Source: Gemmatimonadales bacterium
GTDB lineage: Bacteria > Gemmatimonadota > Gemmatimonadetes > Gemmatimonadales > GWC2-71-9
DNA length: 42,758 bases
Reading direction: 5' to 3'
Assembly: GCA_035718325.1 (NCBI GenBank)
Contig: DASTHG010000021.1
Span: 1-42,758, forward strand
Shown here piece by piece: positions 24,964 through 34,028 of this stretch. Below the pieces are notes generated by a model that was given only the letters and a program-made list of their open reading frames with translations, ran no database searches and was not told the origin of the DNA. Numbering within the stretch: position 1 is the stretch's first letter; each line of letters begins with the position of its first letter. Both the position numbers and the translations under genes were made by a program.

Positions 24964-26297
24964 TGGCCGCGCTCACATCCCAGGAAGCCCGGGCCATCAT
25001 GGAGAAGGCGCTGCACTTCTCCAAGGCGGAGGCCTGCGAGGTCAACATCAACGCGAACGCGGGCGGCAACATCCGCTTCGCGCGCAACACCGTGAACACC
25101 GCCGGCGCGACCGAGGACACCCAGCTCGTGATCCAGTCGTTCTTCGGCCAGCGGTCGGGCACCGTGACGCTCAACGAATTCGACGATGCGGCGATCGAGC
25201 GTGCGGTGCGCCGCTCCGAGGAGCTGGCCCACCTGGCGCCGGAAGACGAGGAGTTGGTGCATCCCCTCGGGCCGCAGCAGTACGTCGACGCGCAGGCCTA
25301 CTTCGACAACATCGCCAACATCAAGCCGGAGTACCGCACCCAGGTGGCGGCCAACAGCATCACCCCCGCCAAGGCCAAGGATTGTACCGCCGCCGGATTC
25401 CTGCAGGACGGCTCGCAGTGGCAGGCGATGCAGAACACGGCCGGCCTGTTCGCCTACAGCCGGCAGACGGGCGCCAATTTCTCCATCACCGTCCGCACCA
25501 ACGACGGCACCGGCTCCGGGTATGCGACGCGTGAGGCGAACGACCTCACCAAGTTCGACGTCGATGCGGCCTCGCAGATCGCGATCGAGAAGGCGGCCGC
25601 CAGCCGCAATGCCCGCGCGATCGAGCCCGGGAAGTACACGGTGATCCTGGAGCCCGAGGCTGGGATCAATCTGCTCGCCAACCTGATCTTCAATCTCGAC
25701 ACGCGCGCCGCCGACGAGGGCCGGAGTTTTCTCGCCAAGGCCGGCGGCGGCACCAAGAAGGGCGAGAAGCTGCTCGACGAGCGGGTGCATGTCTGGTCCG
25801 ATCCGGCGCACCCGGACGTGCCCACCTCCCCCTGGCAGGGCGACGGGCGTCCATACGAGAAAACCGACTGGGTCGCCGGCGGGGCGGTGCAGAACACGTA
25901 CGTCTCACGCTATTGGGCCCAGAAGAAAGGCATCAAGGCGATTCCGTTCCCGCCCAACCTGATCATGGACGGCGGCACGGCGTCGACCGAAGACTTGATC
26001 CGCGACACTACGAAGGGCGTGCTGGTGACGCGGACCTGGTACATCCGCTCGGTCGATCCGCAGACGGTGCTCGTCACCGGACTGACACGGGATGGGACGT
26101 TCTACATCGAGAACGGGCAGATCAAGTACGCGATCAAGAATTTCCGGTTCAACGAGAGCCCGATCATCATGCTCAACAATTTGGATGCGATCGGGAAGCA
26201 GCAGCGCGTGTCGGGCTCGGACGCCGGCATCACGACCCTGATGCCCGTCCTCCGGATCCGGGACTTCAACTTCACGAGCCTGTCGGACGCCGTGTGA
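24963..26297 (+). CDS. TldD/PmbA-family protein (PmbA/TldE-like partner, no signal peptide, no HExxxH seen)
   Basis: The ATG overlaps the upstream TAA by 1 nt (TAATG). EKALHFSKAEACEVNINANAGGNIRFARNTVNT, QSFFGQRSGTV, VTRTWYIRSVDPQT, GLTRDGTFYIENGQIKYAIKNFRFNESP are typical of the PmbA-like subunit. Confidence 0.85.
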   Translation: MAALTSQEARAIMEKALHFSKAEACEVNINANAGGNIRFARNTVNTAGATEDTQLVIQSFFGQRSGTVTLNEFDDAAIERAVRRSEELAHLAPEDEELVHPLGPQQYVDAQAYFDNIANIKPEYRTQVAANSITPAKAKDCTAAGFLQDGSQWQAMQNTAGLFAYSRQTGANFSITVRTNDGTGSGYATREANDLTKFDVDAASQIAIEKAAASRNARAIEPGKYTVILEPEAGINLLANLIFNLDTRAADEGRSFLAKAGGGTKKGEKLLDERVHVWSDPAHPDVPTSPWQGDGRPYEKTDWVAGGAVQNTYVSRYWAQKKGIKAIPFPPNLIMDGGTASTEDLIRDTTKGVLVTRTWYIRSVDPQTVLVTGLTRDGTFYIENGQIKYAIKNFRFNESPIIMLNNLDAIGKQQRVSGSDAGITTLMPVLRIRDFNFTSLSDAV

Positions 26298-26302
26298 GGC
26301 AG

Positions 26303-26377
26303 GGTGACTGGTGGCAGGTGTCAGGTGTCAGGGCCTTCTCTATAGATTTCCTGACACCCGACACCTGACGCCTCAGA
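26303..26377. repeat. inverted pair of 7-bp repeat arrays forming a long hairpin; fills the pmbA-like/DUF4159 intergenic gap
   Basis: Left array: GGTGACT GGTGGCA GGTGTCA GGTGTCA (26303-26330). Right array: CCTGACA CCCGACA CCTGACG CCTCAGA (26350-26377). 26315-26332 pairs with 26350-26367 (18 bp, one A/C mismatch), extendable to 26310/26372. AT-rich loop GGCCTTCTCTATAGATTT. No U-tract follows. Confidence 0.85.
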
Positions 26378-27088
26378 GTGAACCGCAGCCAATTCCTCGG
26401 CACGCTGGCCGGCATCACGCTGGCCCCCTGGGCCGAGGCCCGGGCGCTCGCCCTCGGCCGCCGTCGCGCCGACTTCACCTTTACCCGGCTGCAGTACACG
26501 TCGGGCGACTGGGACGTCGACCAGCGGATGCCGGCGAATCTGCTCAATTCTCTCATCGAGTACACAACGGTCGACGTCACGACGCGCGAGCGGGTCGTCC
26601 CACTGTCGAGCCCGGCCGTGTTCGACGCGCCGTTCTGCTACATGGCCGGCCATCGCCTGGTGCAGTTCACGGCGCCGGAGCGCAGTGTGTTCCAGCGTTA
26701 CGTCCAGAACGGCGGGTTCGTCCTCGTCGACGACTGCAACCACGACATTGACGGGCTGTTCGCCAAATCGTTCGAGGCGCAAATCGCCGCGCTGTTCGGA
26801 CCGCAGGCCCTGATCAAGTTGCCCAAGACACACGAGCTCTACCGGTCGTTTTTTGCGTTCTCCGATGGACCGCCGACCACCTCGCTCGAGCTCAACGGCT
26901 GGGGCGACGATCTCGTACACGACTACCTCAAGGGCGTCGTGCTCGACGGACGGCTCGCGATCCTCTACAGCAACAAGGACTATGGCTGCGAGTGGGACTA
27001 CGACTTTCGCAACAAGCGCTTCCTTGCCGAAGACAACACCAAGTTCGGCGTGAACATCGTGATGTACGCGATGACGGGCGGAGCGTGA
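26378..27088 (+). CDS. DUF4159 domain-containing protein (secreted?)
   Basis: GTG 26378. N-terminal NRSQFLGTLAGITLAPWAEARA is signal-like. FTFTRLQYTSGDWDVDQRMPANLLNSL, PFCYMAGH, FQRYVQNGGFVLVDDC, ILYSNKDYGCEWD, GVNIVMYAMT match my memory of DUF4159. The MoxR/DUF58 context is typical for this family. Confidence 0.75.
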   Translation: MNRSQFLGTLAGITLAPWAEARALALGRRRADFTFTRLQYTSGDWDVDQRMPANLLNSLIEYTTVDVTTRERVVPLSSPAVFDAPFCYMAGHRLVQFTAPERSVFQRYVQNGGFVLVDDCNHDIDGLFAKSFEAQIAALFGPQALIKLPKTHELYRSFFAFSDGPPTTSLELNGWGDDLVHDYLKGVVLDGRLAILYSNKDYGCEWDYDFRNKRFLAEDNTKFGVNIVMYAMTGGA

Positions 27089-27092
27089 CGCC

Positions 27093-28112
27093 ATGACGAC
27101 CACGGTCCCTCCCACCCTGGGCGAATCGGACGTCGCCGCGCTGCTCGGACGGCTCGAGGCGCTGCGCCGCGAGGTCGCCCGCGTGATCGTCGGCCAGGAG
27201 CGGGCGATCGAGGAGCTGCTCGTCACGTTCCTCGCGGGTGGCCACAGCCTGCTGGAAGGCGTCCCGGGGCTCGCCAAGACGCTGATGATCCGCACCCTCG
27301 CCGACGCGGTGGAGCTCTCCTTCCGCCGCATCCAGTTCACTCCCGACCTCATGCCGACCGACATCGTCGGCACCGAGATCCTGGAAGAAGAGCATGCGAC
27401 CGGCCGCCGCTTCTTCAAGTTCGTGCGTGGCCCCGTCTTCGCGAATATCGTTCTCGCCGATGAGATCAATCGCACGCCGCCGAAGACGCAGGCGGCGCTG
27501 CTCGAGGCGATGCAGGAGTACGCCGTCACCTATGCCGGAACGACCTATCCCCTCGATCGCCCCTTCTTCGTGCTCGCCACCCAGAACCCGATCGAGCAGA
27601 CCGGCACCTATCCGTTGCCGGAGGCGCAGCTCGACCGGTTCCTGCTGTACATCCGCATCGGCTATCCCGACGCCGCCGAGGAGCTCGAGATCCTGCGGCG
27701 CACCACCGGCCGCGCGACCCCGTCCGCGCGCCCCGTCCTCACCGGAGAGGACCTGGTACGCGCGCAGGCGCTCACCCGCGAGGTGCGCGTCTCCGACGAC
27801 CTGTTCGAGTACGTCACCCGCCTGGTGCGCGCCACGCGGCCCGACCAGACCCCCGTCGCCTTCGTAAGAGAGTGGACCCGCTGGGGAGCGGGTCCGCGCG
27901 CGGGGCAAGCGCTGGTCCTGGCCGGCAAGGCACGGGCATTGCTGCACAATCGCTTCGCCGTCACGCTCGAGGACCTGCGCGCCGTTGCGGCGCCGGTGTT
28001 GCGCCATCGCGTGCTGGTGAACTTCCGCGCCGAAGCGGAAGGAATCGACGCCGATCAGGTGACCGACCGGCTGCTGGTCGAGGTGCCGGAGCCCAAAAGC
28101 CCGCTGCGCTAG
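27093..28112 (+). CDS. MoxR-like AAA+ ATPase
   Basis: LLEGVPGLAKTLMIRTLA (Walker A variant typical of MoxR), RIQFTPDLMPTDIVG, ANIVLADEINRTPPKTQAALLEAMQE (Walker B / sensor), FFVLATQNPIEQTGTYPLPEAQLDRF. Confidence 0.95.
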   Translation: MTTTVPPTLGESDVAALLGRLEALRREVARVIVGQERAIEELLVTFLAGGHSLLEGVPGLAKTLMIRTLADAVELSFRRIQFTPDLMPTDIVGTEILEEEHATGRRFFKFVRGPVFANIVLADEINRTPPKTQAALLEAMQEYAVTYAGTTYPLDRPFFVLATQNPIEQTGTYPLPEAQLDRFLLYIRIGYPDAAEELEILRRTTGRATPSARPVLTGEDLVRAQALTREVRVSDDLFEYVTRLVRATRPDQTPVAFVREWTRWGAGPRAGQALVLAGKARALLHNRFAVTLEDLRAVAAPVLRHRVLVNFRAEAEGIDADQVTDRLLVEVPEPKSPLR

Positions 28113-29008
28113 TGCCGGACACATCCTATCGCTTCATCGACCCCAAGGTCCTCGCCGCCCTGGGTGACCTCATGCTCGCCGCCCGTACCGTGGTGGACGG
28201 GTTCATGTACGGCGTCCATCACAGTCGCATGCCCGGCGCGGGACTCGAATTCAGCCAGTACCGCAGCTACCAGCCGGGCGACGACCTGCGCCGCGTCGAC
28301 TGGAAGCTGTTCGCCCGCTCCGACCGCTACTTCCTGCGGGACGCGGAGTCCGACACCAGCGTCACCGTCCGTCTCATCCTCGACGCCAGCGAATCGATGG
28401 CGCACGAAGAAGGCGGACTCAGCACGTTCGACTACGCCCGGCTCGCCGCCGCGGCGCTCGCCGTCCTGGCGCAGCGTCAGGGTGACGCCGTCGCCCTCAC
28501 GGCGCTGAGCGATGCCGAGCTGCGGCTGATCCCGCCGGGCCGCGGGCAGCAGCATCTGCATCGTCTGCTGCACCTGCTCGAGCAGCTCGAGCCCCGCGGC
28601 ACGTGGCCCGCGTGGGAGCGGATGGAGGGGATCTTCACGACCGGCGCGCCCCGCGGTCTCGCCGTCGTGATCACCGACCTGCACGAGCGGTCGCGGGAGA
28701 TCCGCACCGTCGCCGCCAAACTCGTCGCCTTGCGCCACGAAGTGCTGGTCGTGCACGTCATCGGGCGCGCCGAGTTGGAGTTTCCCTATCAGGGGACAGT
28801 TGCGTTCGAAGAGCTCGAAACCGGCCGGCGCGTCGAGGTCGATACCAGCGCCGCGCGCGGCCCGTATCTCACCGCGCTCGAGCGTGAGCTGCGCGAAGTG
28901 CAACACGCCCTGCAGGAGCTGCCCGCCGACTACGCCCGGTTTCCCCTCGACCAGCCGCTCGACGACGCGCTGCGCCGCTATCTCACCGGCCGCGCGCGCG
29001 TCACCTGA
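28112..29008 (+). CDS. DUF58 domain protein (vWA-like, MIDAS DxSxS present)
   Basis: The GTG 28112 start overlaps the MoxR TAG by 1 nt. GAGLEFSQYRSYQPGDDLRRVDWKLFARSDRYFLR is the DUF58 hallmark. It is followed by VRLILDASESM (DxSxS). Confidence 0.9.
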   Translation: MPDTSYRFIDPKVLAALGDLMLAARTVVDGFMYGVHHSRMPGAGLEFSQYRSYQPGDDLRRVDWKLFARSDRYFLRDAESDTSVTVRLILDASESMAHEEGGLSTFDYARLAAAALAVLAQRQGDAVALTALSDAELRLIPPGRGQQHLHRLLHLLEQLEPRGTWPAWERMEGIFTTGAPRGLAVVITDLHERSREIRTVAAKLVALRHEVLVVHVIGRAELEFPYQGTVAFEELETGRRVEVDTSAARGPYLTALERELREVQHALQELPADYARFPLDQPLDDALRRYLTGRARVT

Positions 29009-29010
29009 CG

Positions 29011-30192
29011 ATGCTCGGCTTTCTCGCGCCGCTCTGGCTCGCCGGGCTGACGTCGCTCGTGGTCCCCCTCGCGCTCCACTTGTGGAGCCGCCGGACTGGG
29101 CGGGCGGTGCGCGTCGGCAGCATCCGACTGCTGAGCGGCGCCCCGCCCCCGATGGCGCGGCGACCGCGCCTGCATGACCCCTGGCTCCTCGCCCTGCGCT
29201 GCGCGCTCCTCGCCGCACTGGTGCTGGCGCTCGCGCGACCGTACTGGGGACCACCACACCGTCCGGCGACGACCTGGGCGCTCGTGGCGACGAACGTGGT
29301 CGATCGCGCAGGACTCGTCGACTCGCTCGAACGCGCCGGCAGGACGGTGCACCCACTCGACCCAAGCGACCTGTGGCTGAGCCTCGAGATCGCCGACCAA
29401 TCCGCGCCGCCACGGACGCATTTCGAGGTGTTCGCGGCTCCTCTGCTCAGGAGCACGCGCGGGTCTCGGCCCCAGCTCCGGTCTCCCGTCGTCTGGCATC
29501 CGCGCGCCGCGGCTCGCGGACCTGAAGGACCGGCAGCGCCCCCCTTCCGCGGCCGCATCGTCGTGGTGTTCGCCGATGCTGAGCGCAACGACGATGCGCG
29601 CTACGTCGCGGCCGCGGTCCGGGCTGCGGGGACGGTGGCGGGGATCCCCGCGATCGTGACGACACGCGCCGCAGCGATAGCCAGCGTTGGGGTAGTGGAC
29701 TCCGCCGACTGGATCGTCTGGCTCTCGGAACAGCCGCTCCCCGAGGTCGTCGAGCAGCGACTGCGGGCCGGTGTCACCGTGCTCACCGACCTCGGACGGG
29801 CGCAGCAACCGGTCACGCGCGCTGCGTTTGGGCTGGACCACGTTCCCGTTTGGACCGACGCCACCGGCGAGCCGCTGCTCACCGTCGCGCGCGAAGGTCG
29901 CGGCTTGCGCTACCGCTTCCACAGCCGGTTCACCCCAGGGTGGAGCAGCCTCGTCCTCGATCCCCGCTTCCCGGAAGCGATGGCGCGCTTATGGATCGGA
30001 TCCGATTCGACGCGCATCGAGCGCGATGACCGACCGATCGCGCTCAGCCAGGTACGTCCAGAGTACGATCCGCGAGTCGGCTCGGGCGTTGCGGATATGG
30101 GCGCTCGATCACTCTTCCTTCCGCTGTGGCTGATCGCGGTAGGACTGTTCCTCGTGGAGCGGCGCATCGTGACGCGCAACGCCGTGCCGTGA
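29011..30192 (+). CDS. membrane protein with BatA-type N-terminal double-transmembrane domain and a C-terminal TM anchor; no vWA domain seen
   Basis: MLGFLAPLWLAGLTSLVVPLALHLWSRR...LLALRCALLAALVLALARP matches the aerotolerance-regulator N-terminal (BatA_N) pattern. C-terminal helix SLFLPLWLIAVGLFLVERR. Confidence 0.75.
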   Translation: MLGFLAPLWLAGLTSLVVPLALHLWSRRTGRAVRVGSIRLLSGAPPPMARRPRLHDPWLLALRCALLAALVLALARPYWGPPHRPATTWALVATNVVDRAGLVDSLERAGRTVHPLDPSDLWLSLEIADQSAPPRTHFEVFAAPLLRSTRGSRPQLRSPVVWHPRAAARGPEGPAAPPFRGRIVVVFADAERNDDARYVAAAVRAAGTVAGIPAIVTTRAAAIASVGVVDSADWIVWLSEQPLPEVVEQRLRAGVTVLTDLGRAQQPVTRAAFGLDHVPVWTDATGEPLLTVAREGRGLRYRFHSRFTPGWSSLVLDPRFPEAMARLWIGSDSTRIERDDRPIALSQVRPEYDPRVGSGVADMGARSLFLPLWLIAVGLFLVERRIVTRNAVP

Positions 30193-32258
30193 CGCTGCTC
30201 GACCGGCTGGTCCTGCGTTGGCACCTGCGCTGGACGCTTGCCGTCGGGATCGTGGCGATCGCGACCGCTGCGCTGACGGCGGTCATCGCCGCCCGCGCGT
30301 TCGACGGCTCGGTTGTTCTTCCCGCGCTCGTGGCAGCGATGGGAGTCCTGGCGGTGGGACGGTGGCGACGACCCCAGGTCGATGCACACGTCCTCGCCCG
30401 CCAGCTCAACCGCACGCTCCCGGCGGTCGAAGAGAGCGCCGATCTTCTGGCTCTGCCGCAGGAAGAGTTGTCGCCACTCGAGCGCTTGCAGCGCGCCCGG
30501 GTCGAAGCCCGGTTGGGACGTCTCACGGAGTTGCCTGCCCTTCCCGCCCGGGCGCTCACGGTGGCGATATGGTACGGGGGAGGAGCGGTGCTGCTCGCTG
30601 CACTCGGCCTGTGGTGGAATCCCGCTCGCGCCGGCGTCCCCCGCGCGGGAACGCCCGGCGCCGGCCCCGGAGCGACGCCCGGCGGGCCTCCGCAGATCAC
30701 CGCCGTCGACGTGATCATCCGGCCGCCTGAGTACACCCGCCACCCGCAACGCACCGCGCACGACTGGGACCTCGATGTCGAACAGGACGGCCAGGTGACG
30801 TGGCGCGTCCACACCGATCGTGCCGCGCAGCGCGTGTTCCTTCTGACTACCGAAGGCGACACGATTCGCGGCGCGCCGCACGGGCAGGACGAGTTCGAGG
30901 CGCGAACCGTTCCCGTGCATTCCATGTTGTATCAGGCCGTCGTCGGAGTCGGAGCCGCGACGTGGGTCTCCGACTTTCATCGCTTGACGGTCATTCCTGA
31001 CGAGCCGCCGGTGCTCACCGTCGTAAGCCCGGAACCGCGCACCGAGATCGCGTTTGGCGCGCCGCTGACCATTCCGGTGGAGGTGCTGGCGGCGGACGAC
31101 TACGCCGTGGCCGAAGCCCATCTCGTCGCGACGGTGACGACCGGCGCCGGCGAAGCGGTGAAGTTTCGCGAGTTGACCTTGCCCTTCGACTCGAGTGTCC
31201 CCCGGCCCGCCGCGCACGGCCTGCTGCTGCGCCACACGCTCGACCTGCGCGCCTTCGGCCTCGGCCCGGGCGACGAGCTGTACTTCCACGTCGTGGCGCG
31301 CGACTCCCGCGCCCCGCAGCCGAACGAAACGCGCTCGGATACGTACTTCATCGTCCTGACCGACACGGCACGTGTGACGGTCGCAGACCTGAGCGGCCTG
31401 GCTGTCAACGGGATGCCGGAGTACCTGCGCAGCGAGCGCCAGATCATCATCGACACCGAGCGTCTACTCGCCGACGCGAGCCACATCACCGCCGCGGAAT
31501 TCAAGAACCGCTCCGAATCGATCGGCTTCGACCAGGGAACGCTGCGCGACCGCTATGGCGAAATCGCGGGACAGGAAACGGTCGAGCAGGGCACGGAGGC
31601 GACGATCGAGCACGAGCACGACGTCGAAGACAACACGACGCTGCTCGCCACCCGCGTAAAAGACCAGCTGCAACAGGCCATCAGCCAGATGTTCGACGCG
31701 GAACGGCATCTGCGCATCGCCGAGCCGGCAGCCGCGCTGCCGTTCGAGTACCGCGCGCTCGAGCTGTTGAAGGCCGCGCAGGAGGCCGCCCGCGCGTACG
31801 TGTTGCGCGTCGGGTTCGAGCCGCCACCGCTCGAGCCGGACCGCACCCGGCTCACCGGAACGCTCACGGGGATCGGCAGCTCGACCAACGCACGTAGCGT
31901 TACCGCAATCACCACGCTGCCGGCGCTGCGCCAGGCATTGGCCCTGGTACGGCGGTTGGCCGATGGCGCGCGTGCCAGTGCGGCGGATGCCGCAGCGCTC
32001 GAGAGCGCCGGCCGGCAGCTGGGCGGTCTTGCCATCGCGCAGCCGGGGCGGCATCTGGCAACGCTGCGCGATCTCCGGTCGCTGTTGACGGCGCTCGCCG
32101 ATTCCGGGGGACGTCCCTGCACCGATTGTCTGGCCGGTCTCGAGCGGGGATTGCTGGTTGCCCTTCCCGTCGCCGATCCGTCGGCGGACGCCGCACACGA
32201 TGGTGCGGGACTCGCGCGCACGTACTTCGACCTGCTGCGCGCAGCGCGGGGGCCTTGA
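30189..32258 (+). CDS. large membrane-anchored protein, DUF4175-like (uncharacterised)
   Basis: The GTG 30189 start overlaps the upstream TGA (GTGA). Two or three N-terminal TM helices (WTLAVGIVAIATAALTAVIAA, VVLPALVAAMGVLAV, LTVAIWYGGGAVLLAALGLWW). Then a large soluble region with an acidic helical C-terminal part. The family assignment is tentative. Confidence 0.6.
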   Translation: MTLLDRLVLRWHLRWTLAVGIVAIATAALTAVIAARAFDGSVVLPALVAAMGVLAVGRWRRPQVDAHVLARQLNRTLPAVEESADLLALPQEELSPLERLQRARVEARLGRLTELPALPARALTVAIWYGGGAVLLAALGLWWNPARAGVPRAGTPGAGPGATPGGPPQITAVDVIIRPPEYTRHPQRTAHDWDLDVEQDGQVTWRVHTDRAAQRVFLLTTEGDTIRGAPHGQDEFEARTVPVHSMLYQAVVGVGAATWVSDFHRLTVIPDEPPVLTVVSPEPRTEIAFGAPLTIPVEVLAADDYAVAEAHLVATVTTGAGEAVKFRELTLPFDSSVPRPAAHGLLLRHTLDLRAFGLGPGDELYFHVVARDSRAPQPNETRSDTYFIVLTDTARVTVADLSGLAVNGMPEYLRSERQIIIDTERLLADASHITAAEFKNRSESIGFDQGTLRDRYGEIAGQETVEQGTEATIEHEHDVEDNTTLLATRVKDQLQQAISQMFDAERHLRIAEPAAALPFEYRALELLKAAQEAARAYVLRVGFEPPPLEPDRTRLTGTLTGIGSSTNARSVTAITTLPALRQALALVRRLADGARASAADAAALESAGRQLGGLAIAQPGRHLATLRDLRSLLTALADSGGRPCTDCLAGLERGLLVALPVADPSADAAHDGAGLARTYFDLLRAARGP

Positions 32259-32259
32259 G

Positions 32260-33936
32260 ATGAAACCGCTGCGGATCGCCGCCCTGGCGGCGGCGCTCGT
32301 CGCGCTTGCGGTCATCGGCATCCGCCCGAGCTGGCGCGTCGGCGCGCCCGCGCATGACGCGGTGCTCCTGACGCCCGGCGCCGAACGAGGGAGCAGCCAG
32401 CGGCTCGCCGACTCGCTCGGCGGAGCGCCGCTGTTCGCGAGTCTGGCAGACGCGCTCGCCCATCGCGACGGGATACGGCGCCTGCACGTCGTCGGCTGGG
32501 GGCTCGACGCCGACGACTGGGCGCGACTGGAATCGATCCCCGTCACCGTTCACGCGGCGCCCCTGCCCGCGGGGTTCACTCGCGCCAGCTGGCCCGCGCA
32601 CATCGTCCTCGGCGACCGGCTGACCGTCGATGGGACGCTCTCCGGTCGTCGCGCATCGACGGTCGAGCTCGTCGACCTCACGGGGATCGTCGACAGCAGC
32701 GCCGTCGATTCCGCCGGTGCTTTTCATTTGGAGACCCAGCCGCGCGCCGCGGGTCCGATGCTGTACACCGTGCGCGTGCGCGGAGCGGCCGCCGCGGAGA
32801 CGCTCGGAGTCGACGTCGCGCCACCTCCCATCTGGCGGGTGCTCGTGCTCGAGAGCGCGCCGCGTCCCGAGACCACGGTGTTGCGTGACTGGCTGGCGCG
32901 GCGTCGGGGGGTCGTCGCCGTCCGTTCCACGGTGAGCCGTGACCGCGTGCATCGCGAGTTCGTCAATCGGCCGAGCACCTCGCTCGAGGTGGTCACCGGA
33001 TCCCTGCTCTCGCAGTTCGACATCGTGATGATCGACGGCCGCACGCTCGCCGGCCTCGGCACACAGGAGCGCGCAGCGCTGCATCGCGCGGTCGAAGTCG
33101 ACGGACTTGGCGTGCTGCTCGTTCCCGACACGGTTCGCACCGACTTCTTCCTCGACTTCGCGGAACTGCGGCGCGGCGATCTCGAGGAGCGACTGGTGCG
33201 ACCCGTGTGGTACGGACGCGGCGGGCGGGAACCGCTCGCGGCTGCGGTTGCGGCCGAGCCCTACGCCCTGGTCGATCGCTTCGGCACCGCGCCACTGATC
33301 GGCGATGGCTTCGGCCACGCGCTCGCCCAGGTGGCACCGCGCGGCGCCGGGCGCGTGACGTTGAGCCTGATTACCGGGACGGCGCGGTGGCGTCGCTCGG
33401 GCCTCACCGACACGTATGCCAGCTACTGGTCGCGGCTGCTCGCGGCAACGGCCGCTCCGAGCCGCGACACGCCGCGCTGGTCGGTCGCCACACCCGGTCC
33501 CTGGATCGTCGGCCGGCCGGTGGCGCTCGAAGCCGCGACCGAGCGCCCGCTCACGACGGCGCTCGTCGTGGATCCGGCGGGAACAGGCGACACGGTCTTC
33601 CTGGCGCGTGACGCATCGGGGCGGTGGCGCGGGATCTACTGGCCCCGGACTCCGGGCTGGCACACCCTCGGGGGTGACGGCGGTCCGGCCATGTATGTCC
33701 AACGCCCAGGGAGCTGGGTCGGAGTGCGAGCCGATCGGCGACTTGCCGCGAGCATTCAGGCCGGCATCACGGCGGACCGCGACGAGCCCGCTATACGGGC
33801 AGCGCTCATCGTTCCCGCGCGACCGGTGCCGCTGGGATGGGCGTTCGCGCTGTTTCTCGTGGCCGCGGGATACCTGTGGTCGGAGCGGCGCCGGCACGTC
33901 CCCACGGCGGGAAGTCGAACCGATACAGCGACTTGA
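32260..33936 (+). CDS. membrane-anchored protein of unknown function (N- and C-terminal TM helices)
   Basis: ATG 32260, 1 nt after the upstream TGA. MKPLRIAALAAALVALAVIGI (N-terminal anchor) and PLGWAFALFLVAAGYLW (C-terminal anchor). The coding frame is consistent with the neighbours. No catalytic motif recognised. Confidence 0.6.
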   Translation: MKPLRIAALAAALVALAVIGIRPSWRVGAPAHDAVLLTPGAERGSSQRLADSLGGAPLFASLADALAHRDGIRRLHVVGWGLDADDWARLESIPVTVHAAPLPAGFTRASWPAHIVLGDRLTVDGTLSGRRASTVELVDLTGIVDSSAVDSAGAFHLETQPRAAGPMLYTVRVRGAAAAETLGVDVAPPPIWRVLVLESAPRPETTVLRDWLARRRGVVAVRSTVSRDRVHREFVNRPSTSLEVVTGSLLSQFDIVMIDGRTLAGLGTQERAALHRAVEVDGLGVLLVPDTVRTDFFLDFAELRRGDLEERLVRPVWYGRGGREPLAAAVAAEPYALVDRFGTAPLIGDGFGHALAQVAPRGAGRVTLSLITGTARWRRSGLTDTYASYWSRLLAATAAPSRDTPRWSVATPGPWIVGRPVALEAATERPLTTALVVDPAGTGDTVFLARDASGRWRGIYWPRTPGWHTLGGDGGPAMYVQRPGSWVGVRADRRLAASIQAGITADRDEPAIRAALIVPARPVPLGWAFALFLVAAGYLWSERRRHVPTAGSRTDTAT

Positions 33937-34028
33937 GCCTCGCCGAGAGCCCCGGGGCGAATTGACACCGAAGGCGCCGCGCCATAAGCTTGCCCCCAAC
34001 ATCTAACGCCCGGTAAGGGGAGCTCGGC

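Noticed and set aside
33962-33990. Perfect TTGACA 60 nt upstream of the Crp-family gene as a promoter -35 box.
   Set aside because: No acceptable -10 hexamer at 16-18 nt. CATAAG is at 15 nt and TAAGCT at 17 nt, at most 4/6 and 3/6 matches. This is too weak to call as a feature.
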